Below are positions 30,078-40,551 of a stretch of DNA of 64,000 bases, one piece after another. Within the stretch, counting starts at the first letter, position 1; each line of letters opens with the position of its first letter. The notes beneath the pieces are model-generated. The model did no database searches. It was not told where the DNA came from and worked only from the letters and a program-made list of their open reading frames with translations. A program made the translations under genes and the position numbers. The stretch covers positions 448,001-512,000 of the forward strand of contig CP147779.1 of NCBI GenBank assembly GCA_037308085.1. The letters run 5' to 3'. Origin of the DNA: Promethearchaeati archaeon SRVP18_Atabeyarchaeia-1. Its GTDB lineage: Archaea; Asgardarchaeota; Atabeyarchaeia; Atabeyarchaeales; Atabeyarchaeaceae.

Positions 30078-31692
30078 CTGGAAGTCCCCAAACTTCGGGT
30101 CGGGGATAGAAGCCCAAACCATTATGCGTTGTTAGAGTATACTGTTTTCTTGGTAGCCTAAATGAAGTACAAGCTTGACAAGCCCTCGCATGCTGTGTTC
30201 TCGCCGCAGTACCATTTAGTGCTAGTTATCAAGTACCGGCGTAAGGCTCTTTGCGGCGAAACTATTAGAGAGCGTTTTAAGAATATTATATGGGGTTTAG
30301 CAGGGCAGCTTGGCGTAGGAATAATCGCTCAAGAACCTGCCGAAGACCATATTCACCTTCTTTTCAAGGCTAAACCGGGCACCGACCCTGTGAAGACCGT
30401 TAATACTTTGAAGGGTGTGACGGCGAGGCTTCTCCGCAAAGAGTTCCCTCAACTAAAAGAGTTGTTATGGGCCGGCTCGTTCCGGTCTGACTCTTACTTT
30501 GTGGCAAGCACAGGTCAGGCAAGTCTTGACGTGTTGAAGAAGTATGTGGAGGAACAGCAGGGTGTTGAGCCAAAAGTTTAGGCTGTATCCCTCTAAGACG
30601 GTGGAGAGGAGGGTTGAGGAGAATCTTGAGTTGTGCAGATGGCTCTATAATCGGTTACTTGAAGAACTGAACAAGGCTAAGGCTGAAAAGGGAAGGCTCG
30701 CGTGGAAAGATACCCAGGCCCTCATTGTGAGGTTGAAACTGGAAAAGCCAGAGTTAAACGTGGTTCACTCTAAGGTTTTGCAGATGCTGAATTATCAGCT
30801 TTGGAGCAATATCCACACTTTGGCTGGGGCCAAGAAAAGTGGGGGGAAGGTTGGCAAATTAAGATTCAAAGGTGGATGGCTCAAAAACTCTCAACTTCAA
30901 CCAATCCGGATTCAAACTGGAAGGAAGAAAGCTGCATTTTTCCAAAATCGGAGCGATCAATGTGAAGCTTCACCGTGCCCTCACAGGAAAAGTCAAGGGT
31001 GTTATTGTCAAGCGGTCGCTCTCTAGGAAATGGTATGCAGTGTTTCAAGTTGAGAATTCAGTGGTTAACCATCTGCCTGAAACTGGAAAGGCAGTAGGCT
31101 TGGACATGGGTGTAAAACATTTTCTATCGGACAGCATCGGAAGACAGATTGAAAACCCGAAGTTCTACGAGAAGTCTCTTGCAAGATTGAGGGCTACGCA
31201 CAGAATTCTGTCACGAAAGGAGAAGACGTCAAAGAACAGAGCAAAAGCGAGAGTTAGGCTCGCAAGGGTTTATGAACGACTGGTGAATCAGCGGGACGAT
31301 TTTCTGCATAAACTCTCAAGGTGCCACGTGAATACCTATGATGTTACTGCAGTCGAGGATTTGAATGTTAGGAGCATGGTTAGGAATCATCACCTACTTA
31401 GCGCGAAAAATCCATGATGCCTCCTGGAGCAAGTTCTTTCAGATGTTATCCTACAAAGCTGAAAACGCTGGTGGGGTACTTGCAAAAGTGAATTCGAGAG
31501 GCACAAGCAAAGAGTACAAGCACGGCGAGCTTGACCGTGACTACAATGCTGCGCTCAGTATTTTGGAGCGTGGCTTAGCGGGGTTGGGACGACCCTTAGA
31601 GCCTGTGGAGATAAAGCCTCTGCTGGTAGCGGTGCCCGCAAGCCTTATCGTTGAAGCAGGAAGCCCTCACCGTTCAGGGCAGGGTAGTTCAC
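30078..31692 (+). mobile_element. IS200/IS605-family element
   Basis: tnpA plus tnpB; related subterminal hairpins GGAAGTCCCC...GGGGATAG (left) and GGAAGCCCTC...AGGGTAGTTCAC (right). Confidence 0.85.
30162..30581 (+). CDS. tnpA: IS200/IS605 Y1 transposase
   Basis: YHLV...KYRR, DHIHLL HUH motif, SYFVAS.G, KYVEEQ. Confidence 0.92.
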   Translation: MKYKLDKPSHAVFSPQYHLVLVIKYRRKALCGETIRERFKNIIWGLAGQLGVGIIAQEPAEDHIHLLFKAKPGTDPVKTVNTLKGVTARLLRKEFPQLKELLWAGSFRSDSYFVASTGQASLDVLKKYVEEQQGVEPKV

Positions 31693-31712
31693 AAGGTTTC
31701 CCTATCGCTTAA
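30561..31712 (+). pseudogene. tnpB: TnpB broken by two frameshifts
   Basis: FRLYP HTH, GLDMG RuvC-I, AVEDL, DRDYNAA spread over three frames (breaks near 30885 and 31397). Confidence 0.88.
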
Positions 31713-32565
31713 TCAGTTTGGCCACTTCAGAAGGTCTACTTGCTACTTTCACTCCGACTTCTGCAAGTGCTTGGATCTTTGCTTCTGCGGTTCCAGAGCT
31801 TCCACTTATGATAGCGCCGGCGTGTCCCATTCTCTTGCCTGGGGGTGCAGTTCTTCCAGCGATGAATGCGACCACGTTCTTCTTGAATCCGGTCTCTGAT
31901 ATGTACCTTGCAGTACTCTCTTCGGCGTTGCCACCTATCTCTCCGATCATGACTACACTCTTAGTTTCTGTGTCATCCTTGAAGAGCTCCAATACGTCAA
32001 TGAAGTTCATCCCTGTCACTGGGTCGCCTCCAATTCCCAAGCATGTCGACTGGCCTATGCCCGAATTCGTCAGGTTTGCCGCGATCTCGTACGTCAAAGT
32101 CCCTGATCTACTTATGATCCCGACATTTCCTCTCTTGAATACATGTCCCGGCATTATTCCAAGCTTGCACTCACCAGGGGTTATGATTCCTGGCGTGTTG
32201 GGACCGATCACTCTTACCCCTTTCTCAGAGGCCACCCGAGCTATGACGATTTCATCATGAACTGGGATGCCCTCGGTTATTATCACAACGGGGTTCAGAT
32301 TTGCGTCGATGGCCTCTAAAGCTGCATCTTTTGCAAAAGGCGCAGGAACAAATATAATGGAAGAATTCGCGTCGTGGTTTTCAAGGGCTTCCTGGATTGA
32401 ATCATATACAGGAATTCCTTCTATGCTCTGACCTGACCTACCGGGTGCTGATCCCGCAACGATGCTTGTACCGTACTCGAGCATCATTTTTGTGTGAAAG
32501 AGCCCTTGCTTCCCCGTTATGCCTTGAACAATAACCTTCGTGTTCTTGTTGACAAGTATTGGCAT
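31702..32565 (-). CDS. sucD: Succinyl-CoA synthetase alpha
   Basis: VQGITG, SRSGTLTYE, MGHAGA. Confidence 0.96.
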   Translation of the reverse strand: MPILVNKNTKVIVQGITGKQGLFHTKMMLEYGTSIVAGSAPGRSGQSIEGIPVYDSIQEALENHDANSSIIFVPAPFAKDAALEAIDANLNPVVIITEGIPVHDEIVIARVASEKGVRVIGPNTPGIITPGECKLGIMPGHVFKRGNVGIISRSGTLTYEIAANLTNSGIGQSTCLGIGGDPVTGMNFIDVLELFKDDTETKSVVMIGEIGGNAEESTARYISETGFKKNVVAFIAGRTAPPGKRMGHAGAIISGSSGTAEAKIQALAEVGVKVASRPSEVAKLIKR

Positions 32566-32592
32566 TTAATATGCACCTCACGGATCATGTCT

Positions 32593-33726
32593 CTAGCGGG
32601 AAACTTGTACAGCTTTCATGGCTGCGTCCTCCATGGTATCTAGAACTTCTATCCCAGCCTTGTTGAGTATGCTCCTTCCCTCAGCTTCATTTGTGCCCAC
32701 CATTCGCACTACTAACGGCTTGTCGATCCCAACCTTGTTTCTTGCCTCGATTATCCCTACTGCCATTTCGTCGCAACGTGTTATACCGCCGAGAATATTG
32801 ATCAATATGACCTTCGAATTTGGATGCGAAGACACTATTTGAAGCGCTTTTAGCATTCTTTCTGACGCTGCGCCTCCACCGACATCAAGAAAGTTGGCTG
32901 GCTTTCCTCCATACAGATCTACCATGTCAAGGGTCGCCATTACAAGACCTGCACCGTTTCCTATGATTGAAACGTTTCCCTCCAACTCGACGTAGGACAT
33001 GCCGGCCTCTCTTGCTTCGGCTTCCCTTTCGTTGAGTTCGTCACCTATAGCGACTCTTGACTCGAGGTCTTTGTGGCGAAAAAGGGAATTGTCGTCCACG
33101 TTCAACCGAGCATCAGCCGCAACTAGTCGGCCATCTTCTGTTCTGACAAATGGGTTTGATTCAACGAGCTCGGCATCATACTCACGCATTATTCTCCACA
33201 GTTTCAGCATGACCTTCGATGCGTCCCCTAGCTCGGCATCAGCGAACCCCGCTTTTCTGGCAATCATCCTTGCCTCGAATTCACACATTCCAAGCAGTGG
33301 ATCGATATATCTTCTGACTATCTTCTCCGGAGAGCTTTTGGCGACTTCTTCGATGTCCATCCCTCCCATCGAACTTGCCAAGGCGACGGGTTTCCTACTT
33401 GAACGATCAATTGTTATTCCAATGTAGAATTCGTGCTGTATTCTGAGCTTCTCCTCGACTAACACCCCACCGACGACCAGACCATGGATCTTTGTGCCAA
33501 GAACCATCCGCGCCAGCTCTTCTGCTTCGTCGGGGGTGTCGGCAAATTTGATTCCTCCTGCTTTTCCTCTTCCCCCCACCAAGACCTGCGCTTTCAAGAC
33601 AACAGGACATCCAATTTCATTAGCCAGCTTCTTGGCTGCCTCCGGCTCGGTTACGTATCCTCTCCTCGGAACTGGAATGCCAATTCCTTCGAAGACGGAC
33701 TTCGCCTCGTATTCAAAGAATCTCAT
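32593..33726 (-). CDS. sucC: Succinyl-CoA synthetase beta
   Basis: GGRGKAGG, NGAGLVMATLD, ANFLDVGGG. Confidence 0.96.
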   Translation of the reverse strand: MRFFEYEAKSVFEGIGIPVPRRGYVTEPEAAKKLANEIGCPVVLKAQVLVGGRGKAGGIKFADTPDEAEELARMVLGTKIHGLVVGGVLVEEKLRIQHEFYIGITIDRSSRKPVALASSMGGMDIEEVAKSSPEKIVRRYIDPLLGMCEFEARMIARKAGFADAELGDASKVMLKLWRIMREYDAELVESNPFVRTEDGRLVAADARLNVDDNSLFRHKDLESRVAIGDELNEREAEAREAGMSYVELEGNVSIIGNGAGLVMATLDMVDLYGGKPANFLDVGGGAASERMLKALQIVSSHPNSKVILINILGGITRCDEMAVGIIEARNKVGIDKPLVVRMVGTNEAEGRSILNKAGIEVLDTMEDAAMKAVQVSR

Positions 33727-34001
33727 GATTCGGAACCCACCAGTCAAAGCGTTTCGCAATAGGCCTCTTTGCCCGCGTATCCTACAATCTTCTCTCCCTA
33801 AGGGTTATCCCATTGATCTGCCGTATTATTTATGTTCCGGAGTCTTTTAAGTTTAGGTTCATGGCAGTTCGCTAAGCTCCGCTAACTTTATTAGCGAGGC
33901 AATCATTAACAAAAATCACGGTGACTACAGCACAGTTGTGCTTCAGCTACAACGACAACTAGAGAAAAAAGGAAAAAGGAGCAAAAGGTGATAATCAGAA
34001 T

Positions 34002-34283
34002 ATGCCCGAAAGATCAGAAGAGAATACTGTATTCGTCGGAGTTAAACCCCCAATGAATTATGTCCTCGCAGTAATAACGCTTTTTCACGATAACGCCAAG
34101 TCAGTTAGTATAAAGGCGCGGGGACGAGCAATCAGTCGAGCAGTGGATGTCGCTGAAATAGTACGCAATAGATTCATGTCAGACGTAAAGGTCAAAGACA
34201 TCGCCATAGGCACAGAACAAATAACTGGGGAGCAAGGAAACAAGATCAGTGTCAGCACGATGGAGATAAATCTCTCCAAATAG
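34002..34283 (+). CDS. albA: Chromatin protein Alba
   Basis: [24 protein letters not shown]. Confidence 0.96.
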   Translation: MPERSEENTVFVGVKPPMNYVLAVITLFHDNAKSVSIKARGRAISRAVDVAEIVRNRFMSDVKVKDIAIGTEQITGEQGNKISVSTMEINLSK

Positions 34284-34491
34284 GAAGGAGGGGTTGTTGT
34301 CCCCAAGGCCCTTTACATCTCTCCTTTTTTGATAGCTTTCTGCCTCTCTTGTATCCTCTTTTCTTAGCGAGCTACCGCCCTAAAGGGTGTGGACTCTCTG
34401 GCTCGATTATGGCAAAGCTTTTATTGGCGGGCATTTATCCCGTATTTAGTTTGAAGGAAGAGCAGACGACACCTGAGATGCATGATCCAAA

Positions 34492-34998
34492 ATGAAGACT
34501 CCGATCTGTACGATTGACATCAAGGGCGGCTTTCTGTGCAGTCGATGTCAGGATAAATTGGATAAGGGTCTGATTACCCAACTTGACATAGATGTGGCGA
34601 AAGAACTCCTGTCCTTCGAAGACAAGACTCCTAGCCTAAAAGACGTTGATTTCAAGAGAGCAATCGATACAGGCTCCATGATAGTTGTGTTAGTAGGTCA
34701 CGGGAATCTGCCCGAGGCACTTGGACCAAGAGGGAAAATCCTTAAGGAACTTGAGAAAAGGTTTAACAGGAGTATAAGAGTCATAGAAGAGAATTCCAAC
34801 ATCAGGAGAACAATCGAAGACTTGGTGACTCCCGCAACAGTGCTAGGCATCAATACCTTGTGGCTTCCCGATGGAAGCCTCGAAAAAAAGGTGAGGCTGA
34901 ACCTCAGCGACCCAAAGAGACTGCCTACAGATATTCATGTCATCGAAGAGACCGTGAAGTCTCTTACTGGAGAAAGGGTAAGGATAGTATTTGAATAG
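34492..34998 (+). CDS. Archaeal NusA-like KH-domain protein with N-terminal Zn motif
   Basis: PIC..D...LC..C, GPRG KH loop, GINTLWLPDG. Confidence 0.8.
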   Translation: MKTPICTIDIKGGFLCSRCQDKLDKGLITQLDIDVAKELLSFEDKTPSLKDVDFKRAIDTGSMIVVLVGHGNLPEALGPRGKILKELEKRFNRSIRVIEENSNIRRTIEDLVTPATVLGINTLWLPDGSLEKKVRLNLSDPKRLPTDIHVIEETVKSLTGERVRIVFE

Positions 34999-35055
34999 TG
35001 GGTTCCTCTGCAAGTTGGCTACTGTTATCGCATCCAAGAATCGCGTCTACAACTT

Positions 35056-35190
35056 GGGCGGGTGATCTAGTTCGGTTATGATGCCACGCTCACACTAAGT
35101 CGCGATAGAAAGGAGTAAACCGTGGATGAATATACTATGAGTCGAGTTGTTCAACGAGTGTCGAGAGTTCAAATCTCTCCCCGCCCACCA
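35056..35190 (+). tRNA. tRNA-Val(CAC) with two introns (anticodon loop and variable loop)
   Basis: GGGCGGG acceptor, CCACG-CTCAC..-CGTGG, GAGAGTTCAAATCTCTC, CCA encoded. Confidence 0.85.
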
Positions 35191-35236
35191 ACCCCACTTG
35201 ACTTCGACTAGATAATCTTGTTTGGAGGAAAATCGT

Positions 35237-35437
35237 ATGCCTAAAGAACTTCGCGAAGAAGAAATCAAGGATTTCGTCGAATTGTCAAAAGCGGCCGAGG
35301 AATGCCGGGTTAAGCGGATCGGTGATACAGTCAAGCTGAAGTTGAGGACTAGCCGATATCTGTACACACTGAAGCTGAAACCTGACAAGGCAGAAGAGAT
35401 TGTAAAGAACCTTGGTTGCCCAGTGATTGAAGGCTAG
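35237..35437 (+). CDS. rpl38e: Ribosomal protein eL38
   Basis: MPKE...IKDF...VKLKLRTSRYLYTL. Confidence 0.85.
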   Translation: MPKELREEEIKDFVELSKAAEECRVKRIGDTVKLKLRTSRYLYTLKLKPDKAEEIVKNLGCPVIEG

Positions 35438-35486
35438 CTGTTTCCTGACAAATTCGCGTTTCGGCGTCTCTCCCATTTCTGCCTGT

Positions 35487-36386
35487 TTAGATAGAGAGTA
35501 TCATGAATACCACTATCGGAACCGCTCCTATCAAGCTAGTTATTGGGAGACCCGGCAAGAACTCCCTTTTTTTCAGGAGCTGCAGCGTCAAGATAGAACC
35601 TATGATAATACCTACTATTGAGAAAATGCAGGCAATCAAACCAAACTGCGTCTCAGCGAGGGAAATGAGCATAGAATAGATGCCAAGGTCTCCAAGACCG
35701 ATCTCCCAGTCGCTGGATACGTAGCTAAGACCAGGAATCACTTCCTGCCGATCCTTTGAGACTTTCACGATCTCCTTTATTGGACCACTCCTGACAGAGT
35801 ATATGTCGTAGATCGAGATCCCCATCACCATCAGAAGACCCGTCCAGAGTGGCAGAGTTGTACCAAGTAGAGTACCTATTCCGCCACCATACACCACTGC
35901 AGCCAGGTTTTTTGCTCCTTGGGAGACCCGCGTGCTTAGTATAATATAGACTAGTATTATGTTCAGAGCCAAACCCAGCGGAATCGCTATCATGAATGCG
36001 TTTTCACTCTGAAGATTGCCGACCGTGACCATCAGCGCACTTCCAATAATGATTGAGAATATTGTAGAACCCGCCAAGACGAAACCTGTTCCGATAAATG
36101 CCTTCAAAAGGAGTTGCCTTCGCTTCCTCAAAATAAAGAGAATAACGAATCCACCAATGAGAGGAAGCACCGAAAGGATTATCGCATTTATGCCGGCTGC
36201 AAAGATTCCGCCTTCCGATTCAGGCACAAACTCGATCGGAGCGAGAACAATGGCGCTTATGGTCAGGTAAGTAAAGATCGCTGAAAACACGACAGAAGCC
36301 ACAATAGGCTTCATAAACGGAACCGCTCTACCGGCTTTAGCATTCTGCCTATCGTCCTTCGACCGCGAATTACCCAAACCAATCAT
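35487..36386 (-). CDS. Presenilin-family GxGD intramembrane aspartyl protease
   Basis: About 9 TM segments, YDIYSV, GLGDL, PGLP. Confidence 0.88.
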   Translation of the reverse strand: MIGLGNSRSKDDRQNAKAGRAVPFMKPIVASVVFSAIFTYLTISAIVLAPIEFVPESEGGIFAAGINAIILSVLPLIGGFVILFILRKRRQLLLKAFIGTGFVLAGSTIFSIIIGSALMVTVGNLQSENAFMIAIPLGLALNIILVYIILSTRVSQGAKNLAAVVYGGGIGTLLGTTLPLWTGLLMVMGISIYDIYSVRSGPIKEIVKVSKDRQEVIPGLSYVSSDWEIGLGDLGIYSMLISLAETQFGLIACIFSIVGIIIGSILTLQLLKKREFLPGLPITSLIGAVPIVVFMILSI

Positions 36387-36474
36387 CTCATTGCCGATCG
36401 GTGATTACTGGCTTTACCTCTTGTTAATATAAGCCTGACCGGTATAATAATCATAGCAGGGGGTCTATTAGCGG

Positions 36475-36813
36475 GTGGTAAAGCATCTCGCAAGCAAGCT
36501 ACTGAGAGTACCTATTCTTGATGACGAGAGCCAGAGGATTGGCAGATTGAGTGACATCCTCGTCGAAACGCGCACAGGCAACTTGACGTATCTTGTCATC
36601 GATAAGGTTGACTCTCAGACCTTTCTTGAAATCGTGCAACAGCTGCCAACTGGGGAATCGGTCATACCCGTTTCCGTTGCGAAGCTTGGCGATGACTCAG
36701 TAATCGTAGACGCGAAGAAACTAAAGCTACTGTCTTTGAAGAAGAGCTTGAAGAAAAGGGCCTTTTTGGCGAAGAGTGCCGGCACCAGTCAAACTGGTGA
36801 AAGCCCGCACTAA
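36475..36813 (+). CDS. PRC-barrel domain protein
   Basis: IGRLSDILVETRTGNLTYL, IPVS. Confidence 0.8.
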   Translation: MVKHLASKLLRVPILDDESQRIGRLSDILVETRTGNLTYLVIDKVDSQTFLEIVQQLPTGESVIPVSVAKLGDDSVIVDAKKLKLLSLKKSLKKRAFLAKSAGTSQTGESPH

Positions 36814-36814
36814 G

Positions 36815-38074
36815 TCAGATATTAAAGGAATCTCCAATGCTTGGAGCAACTGCCTCGATTCCGAGTTCATCTTTTGCTCTTTCTGCGAGCGAGATGCAGG
36901 CCTCCTTTTCGCCATGTACGACGTACACTTTTGTCGATGAGTCCAATCTGCTCAAGATGCTCCAGAGTTCTGATTTTCCGCAATGGCTAGAGAAGTCGAA
37001 GAACTTGACTTTCGACTTTGCCACTCTCCTTTCACCGTTTTCGGCAGTATAGGTCCCACCATCCATAAGCGCTCTGCCGTTAGTTCCAGGTATCTGATAG
37101 CTAACCAAGAAGATCCCGTTTCTGGGGTCTTGGGAAAATGCGTTCAGATAACCGACTGCTGCCCCGCCATCAAGCATGCCTGCTGATGCGACTACGATCC
37201 CTGGATTTGAAAGCGCTCTCTGCTTGTCTTTCTTCCCACGAACCCAAACTGCCCTTTCTAGAGCTTTGTTGAGCAGAGCATGATCTTTGATGAAGCTCGG
37301 GTTATGCCGAATTATCTTGCTTGCAGCTCTCACCATGCCATCTATAGTTGTAGTATAGTTGATGCCATATCTCTCAAGTATGCAGAGAATCTCCTGTGAC
37401 CTAGCTACAGCAAACGCGGGGATCAGGACCTTTCCTCCCTCTCCCTCGACTATCTCCTTGACAGATTCGATGAACTGTTTCTCGGTGTCATTCCTGTTGG
37501 GATGATCCTGAAGTGCATACGTGCCCTCTATTATGATGGCATCAAGAGACGAGACATCAAAGTTTGCCCCGCCCAAGAGCCTAGTCTCAACGGTATTTAT
37601 GTCCCCAGTCACAAGGACTTTCTTGTCTTCAGCTTCAATAAGAGTTGATATGCTGCCAGGGATGTGACCTGCATCTAGAAAGGTCAGTAGGAAACTGTCG
37701 TTCAATCCGATCTCTTCGCCTATCCCCGTAGGGTGGCTCTTACCCATCATTCTGGAAAGCTCATGCTCCTCGAAGGGGAGCAGTTCTCCACTCAGGTTTA
37801 TCTCGTCAGTTAGCAGAAGCTCAGTGAGTTCGAGTGTCATCTGTGTTGAGTAAAGGTCAGCCTTGCCTGAGACATAAAGCAGTGGCAAACTGCCAGAATG
37901 GTCCAGATGGGAATGCGTAAGTATCACGGCCGACAAATCACGAGGAGAACATGGTAACGGGAAGTGAGGAGTGTCATCCATGTAGATCCCATAGTCAACT
38001 AGGGCAGAAACGTGATTTGACTTCAGAAGAACCGCGGATCCGCCTATTGTACGACATCCACCCAGGAAATGCAA
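36815..38074 (-). CDS. Beta-CASP MBL-fold ribonuclease
   Basis: THSHLDH, AGHIPGS, EGTY, FSSH, VHGE. Confidence 0.9.
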   Translation of the reverse strand: MHFLGGCRTIGGSAVLLKSNHVSALVDYGIYMDDTPHFPLPCSPRDLSAVILTHSHLDHSGSLPLLYVSGKADLYSTQMTLELTELLLTDEINLSGELLPFEEHELSRMMGKSHPTGIGEEIGLNDSFLLTFLDAGHIPGSISTLIEAEDKKVLVTGDINTVETRLLGGANFDVSSLDAIIIEGTYALQDHPNRNDTEKQFIESVKEIVEGEGGKVLIPAFAVARSQEILCILERYGINYTTTIDGMVRAASKIIRHNPSFIKDHALLNKALERAVWVRGKKDKQRALSNPGIVVASAGMLDGGAAVGYLNAFSQDPRNGIFLVSYQIPGTNGRALMDGGTYTAENGERRVAKSKVKFFDFSSHCGKSELWSILSRLDSSTKVYVVHGEKEACISLAERAKDELGIEAVAPSIGDSFNI

Positions 38075-38282
38075 TAACGTGATTCAGCAGACCCCCAAAG
38101 TTGAACAAGGTTGGATCATGCATCTAGTTTGAGTTCGATGCTACTTTGAAAAGCTTCCTAACCTAACTAACCGCAAACTTAAATAAACGTTTCCAAATGC
38201 TTCCTAGCGAGAAGAAAGCGAAATAAGCGATTCCAGAAGTATTTGGAGTGCAGGCATAGAAGTCGGCAACCTATTTGCTGCA

Positions 38283-39020
38283 TTGAGGTGTGTGGCGAGA
38301 GTGACAATCAGAATAGCTTTGTATGATGACAAAGAGGACGTGAAGAACTGCCACTTCTTAACCGGCTTCCACGGAGTAGGGCTGACCGGCTATATCACAG
38401 TCAACCATATTGTGAAGTCGCTACACGCACATCCTATTGGTTATGTAGAAACTCAACACCAGCCCGCTTTAGTTTCGCTGGCAGAAGAAAGGATATCTTT
38501 TCCGTTCGAGATTTTCAGACACGACGACATTGTGATACTCTTCCCCAGGGTGCAACCCAAGCGGTCTGAAGTCAGGGAATTCACACGCGAGATGGTCAAA
38601 TGGGTTACCGAGAATGAAATGAAGGATGCAGTATTAATCGGTGGGTTGGACAACAGATTCAAACAAGAGAATGCAACAATGAGATGTGTTCCCACAAGAC
38701 CTTCACTTGACAGAGCGAAGACTTTGAATATCCCATTGCTGGAGGAAGCTCTTTTCGTCACCGGACCGCTGGCGCTGATGCTAACGTATTTTGAGATGAA
38801 GACCTTCCCCGCTATTGCATTATTGCCATACTCAGAGAGAGGCCGACCGGATCCCAGAGCTGCGGCCTTGGCGGTCAAGGAGATTAACAGCCTATTCTCC
38901 CTGAACGTCGACGATCTCGAGTTAATCAACGATGCGAAGAGAATAGAGGATGAAGTGACCAAGATAATAAACGGGCAAAAAGAAAAGGCAGGCGACGATT
39001 CCCAGACAATGTACACTTAG
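38283..39020 (+). CDS. Proteasome assembly chaperone (PAC2 family)
   Basis: GFHGVGLTG, GGLD, GPLA, PDPRAA. Confidence 0.85.
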   Translation: MRCVARVTIRIALYDDKEDVKNCHFLTGFHGVGLTGYITVNHIVKSLHAHPIGYVETQHQPALVSLAEERISFPFEIFRHDDIVILFPRVQPKRSEVREFTREMVKWVTENEMKDAVLIGGLDNRFKQENATMRCVPTRPSLDRAKTLNIPLLEEALFVTGPLALMLTYFEMKTFPAIALLPYSERGRPDPRAAALAVKEINSLFSLNVDDLELINDAKRIEDEVTKIINGQKEKAGDDSQTMYT

Positions 39021-39177
39021 AGTTCTGTCCCTGACCGATTCTGCTTTTATCGAGGCACTTTTCCGTCGTCTCAGATCATACAACCCCACAACTTCTGAAA
39101 CATCTGAAAACATTTATGAGACGAATGTTTCATTCAAACTGCTATCGTATTTTTCATCAAAAACGAGGTGATTAACA

Positions 39178-40468
39178 GTGGAAGAATACGCTGTCAAAGA
39201 CTTAAGCCTAGCACCTCAAGGACATAGCAAAATAGATTGGGCGGAATCTCACATGCCAGTTCTCATGATAATTCGTGAACGATTCGCAAAAGAGAAGCCA
39301 CTGGCTGGCAAGAGAGTATCAGCTTGTCTTCACGTAACCAAAGAGACGGCCGTGCTAGCAAGGACGCTCCGCGCGGGTGGAGCCAAGGTCGCGCTGTGCG
39401 CATCCAATCCTTTGTCGACGCAAGACGATGTTGCAGCCGCTTTGGCCAACGAGGGTTTCAACGTATATGCTTGGAGAGGCCAGAATACAGAGGAATACTA
39501 TGATTGCGTAAACAACGTGCTTAACTACGCCCCTAATATCACTCTGGACGACGGGGCTGACCTGATCACAAGCATTCACACGAAACGCCAAGAACTATTC
39601 AAAGGAGTGATAGGTGGATGCGAAGAAACTACTACTGGCGTAATCCGACTCAGGGCCATGGCAAAGCAGAAAGTCCTCAAATACCCAGTGATAGCTGTCA
39701 ATGATGCACAGACCAAATGGTTCTTTGACAACCGCTATGGAACTGGGCAAAGTAGCATCGACGGAATATTGCGGTCGACCTCGGTTCTACTTGCTGGAAC
39801 AAAAGCAGTTGTCGCCGGGTACGGTTGGTGCGGGAGAGGGATAGCGACTCGATTGAAAGGTATGGGATGCAGGGTGATTATCTCTGAGGTAAACCCCCTA
39901 AGAGCTCTTGAAGCAGTGATGGATGGGTTTGACGTAATGCCCATGTCTGATGCAGCAAGACAAGCAAGACTTTTCGTGACGTCCACTGGAGACAAGAAGG
40001 TGATAACAAGGGAGCATATAGACGCCATGCAGGATGGATCAATACTTGCTAATGCTGGGCACTTCAACGTCGAAATATGGGTTCCTGACCTTGAGAGTTT
40101 GTCTGTAAAGAAGAGAGAGATAAGGTCGAACGTCGAGGAATACACCCTAAAGGATGGACGACGAATATACCTATTGGCTGAAGGGAGACTCGTCAATCTG
40201 GCTGCGGCTGAGGGGCACCCCAGTGTTTGCTTCAGCAGTAACTAGCTGGGCAACTGGACAGGTCATGGATATGAGCTTCTCAGATCAAGCTCTCTCAGCT
40301 GAATACCTAGCTAAGGAAGGAAAAACACTGAAACCAGAGGTCTACCTTGTTCCGGCAAGAATAGACAATCTCGTCGCCGAATTGAAGTTGGAGTCGATGG
40401 GGATCAAGATAGACAAACTGACAGAGGAGCAGAAGGAGTACTCGCAAGGATGGACTGAGGGGACATAG
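39178..40468 (+). CDS. ahcY: S-adenosylhomocysteine hydrolase; exons 39178-40225 and 40260-40468 (418 aa spliced)
   Basis: [30 protein letters not shown]; GHPSEVMDMSF restored by removing a 34-nt BHB intron. Confidence 0.92.
40226..40259 (+). other. mRNA BHB intron in ahcY (34 nt)
   Basis: Central helix CCAG/CTGG, bulges TG^T and AC^A, intron stem TTGC.TCAGC/GCTGG.GCAA, exon stem ACC/GGT. Confidence 0.88.
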
Positions 40469-40551
40469 TCTCCTCTCCCCCGTCTTTGTGGCACAGGATG
40501 GCGCTCAAGTAGATTTGCCCCGTTATCGCCAAAACACGGTGAGAAGTCAGT

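Noticed and set aside
40154-40468. Separate 104-aa gene, or a simple ahcY frameshift
   Set aside because: A 34-nt BHB-bounded insert explains the break exactly; a frameshift would not remove the extra residues
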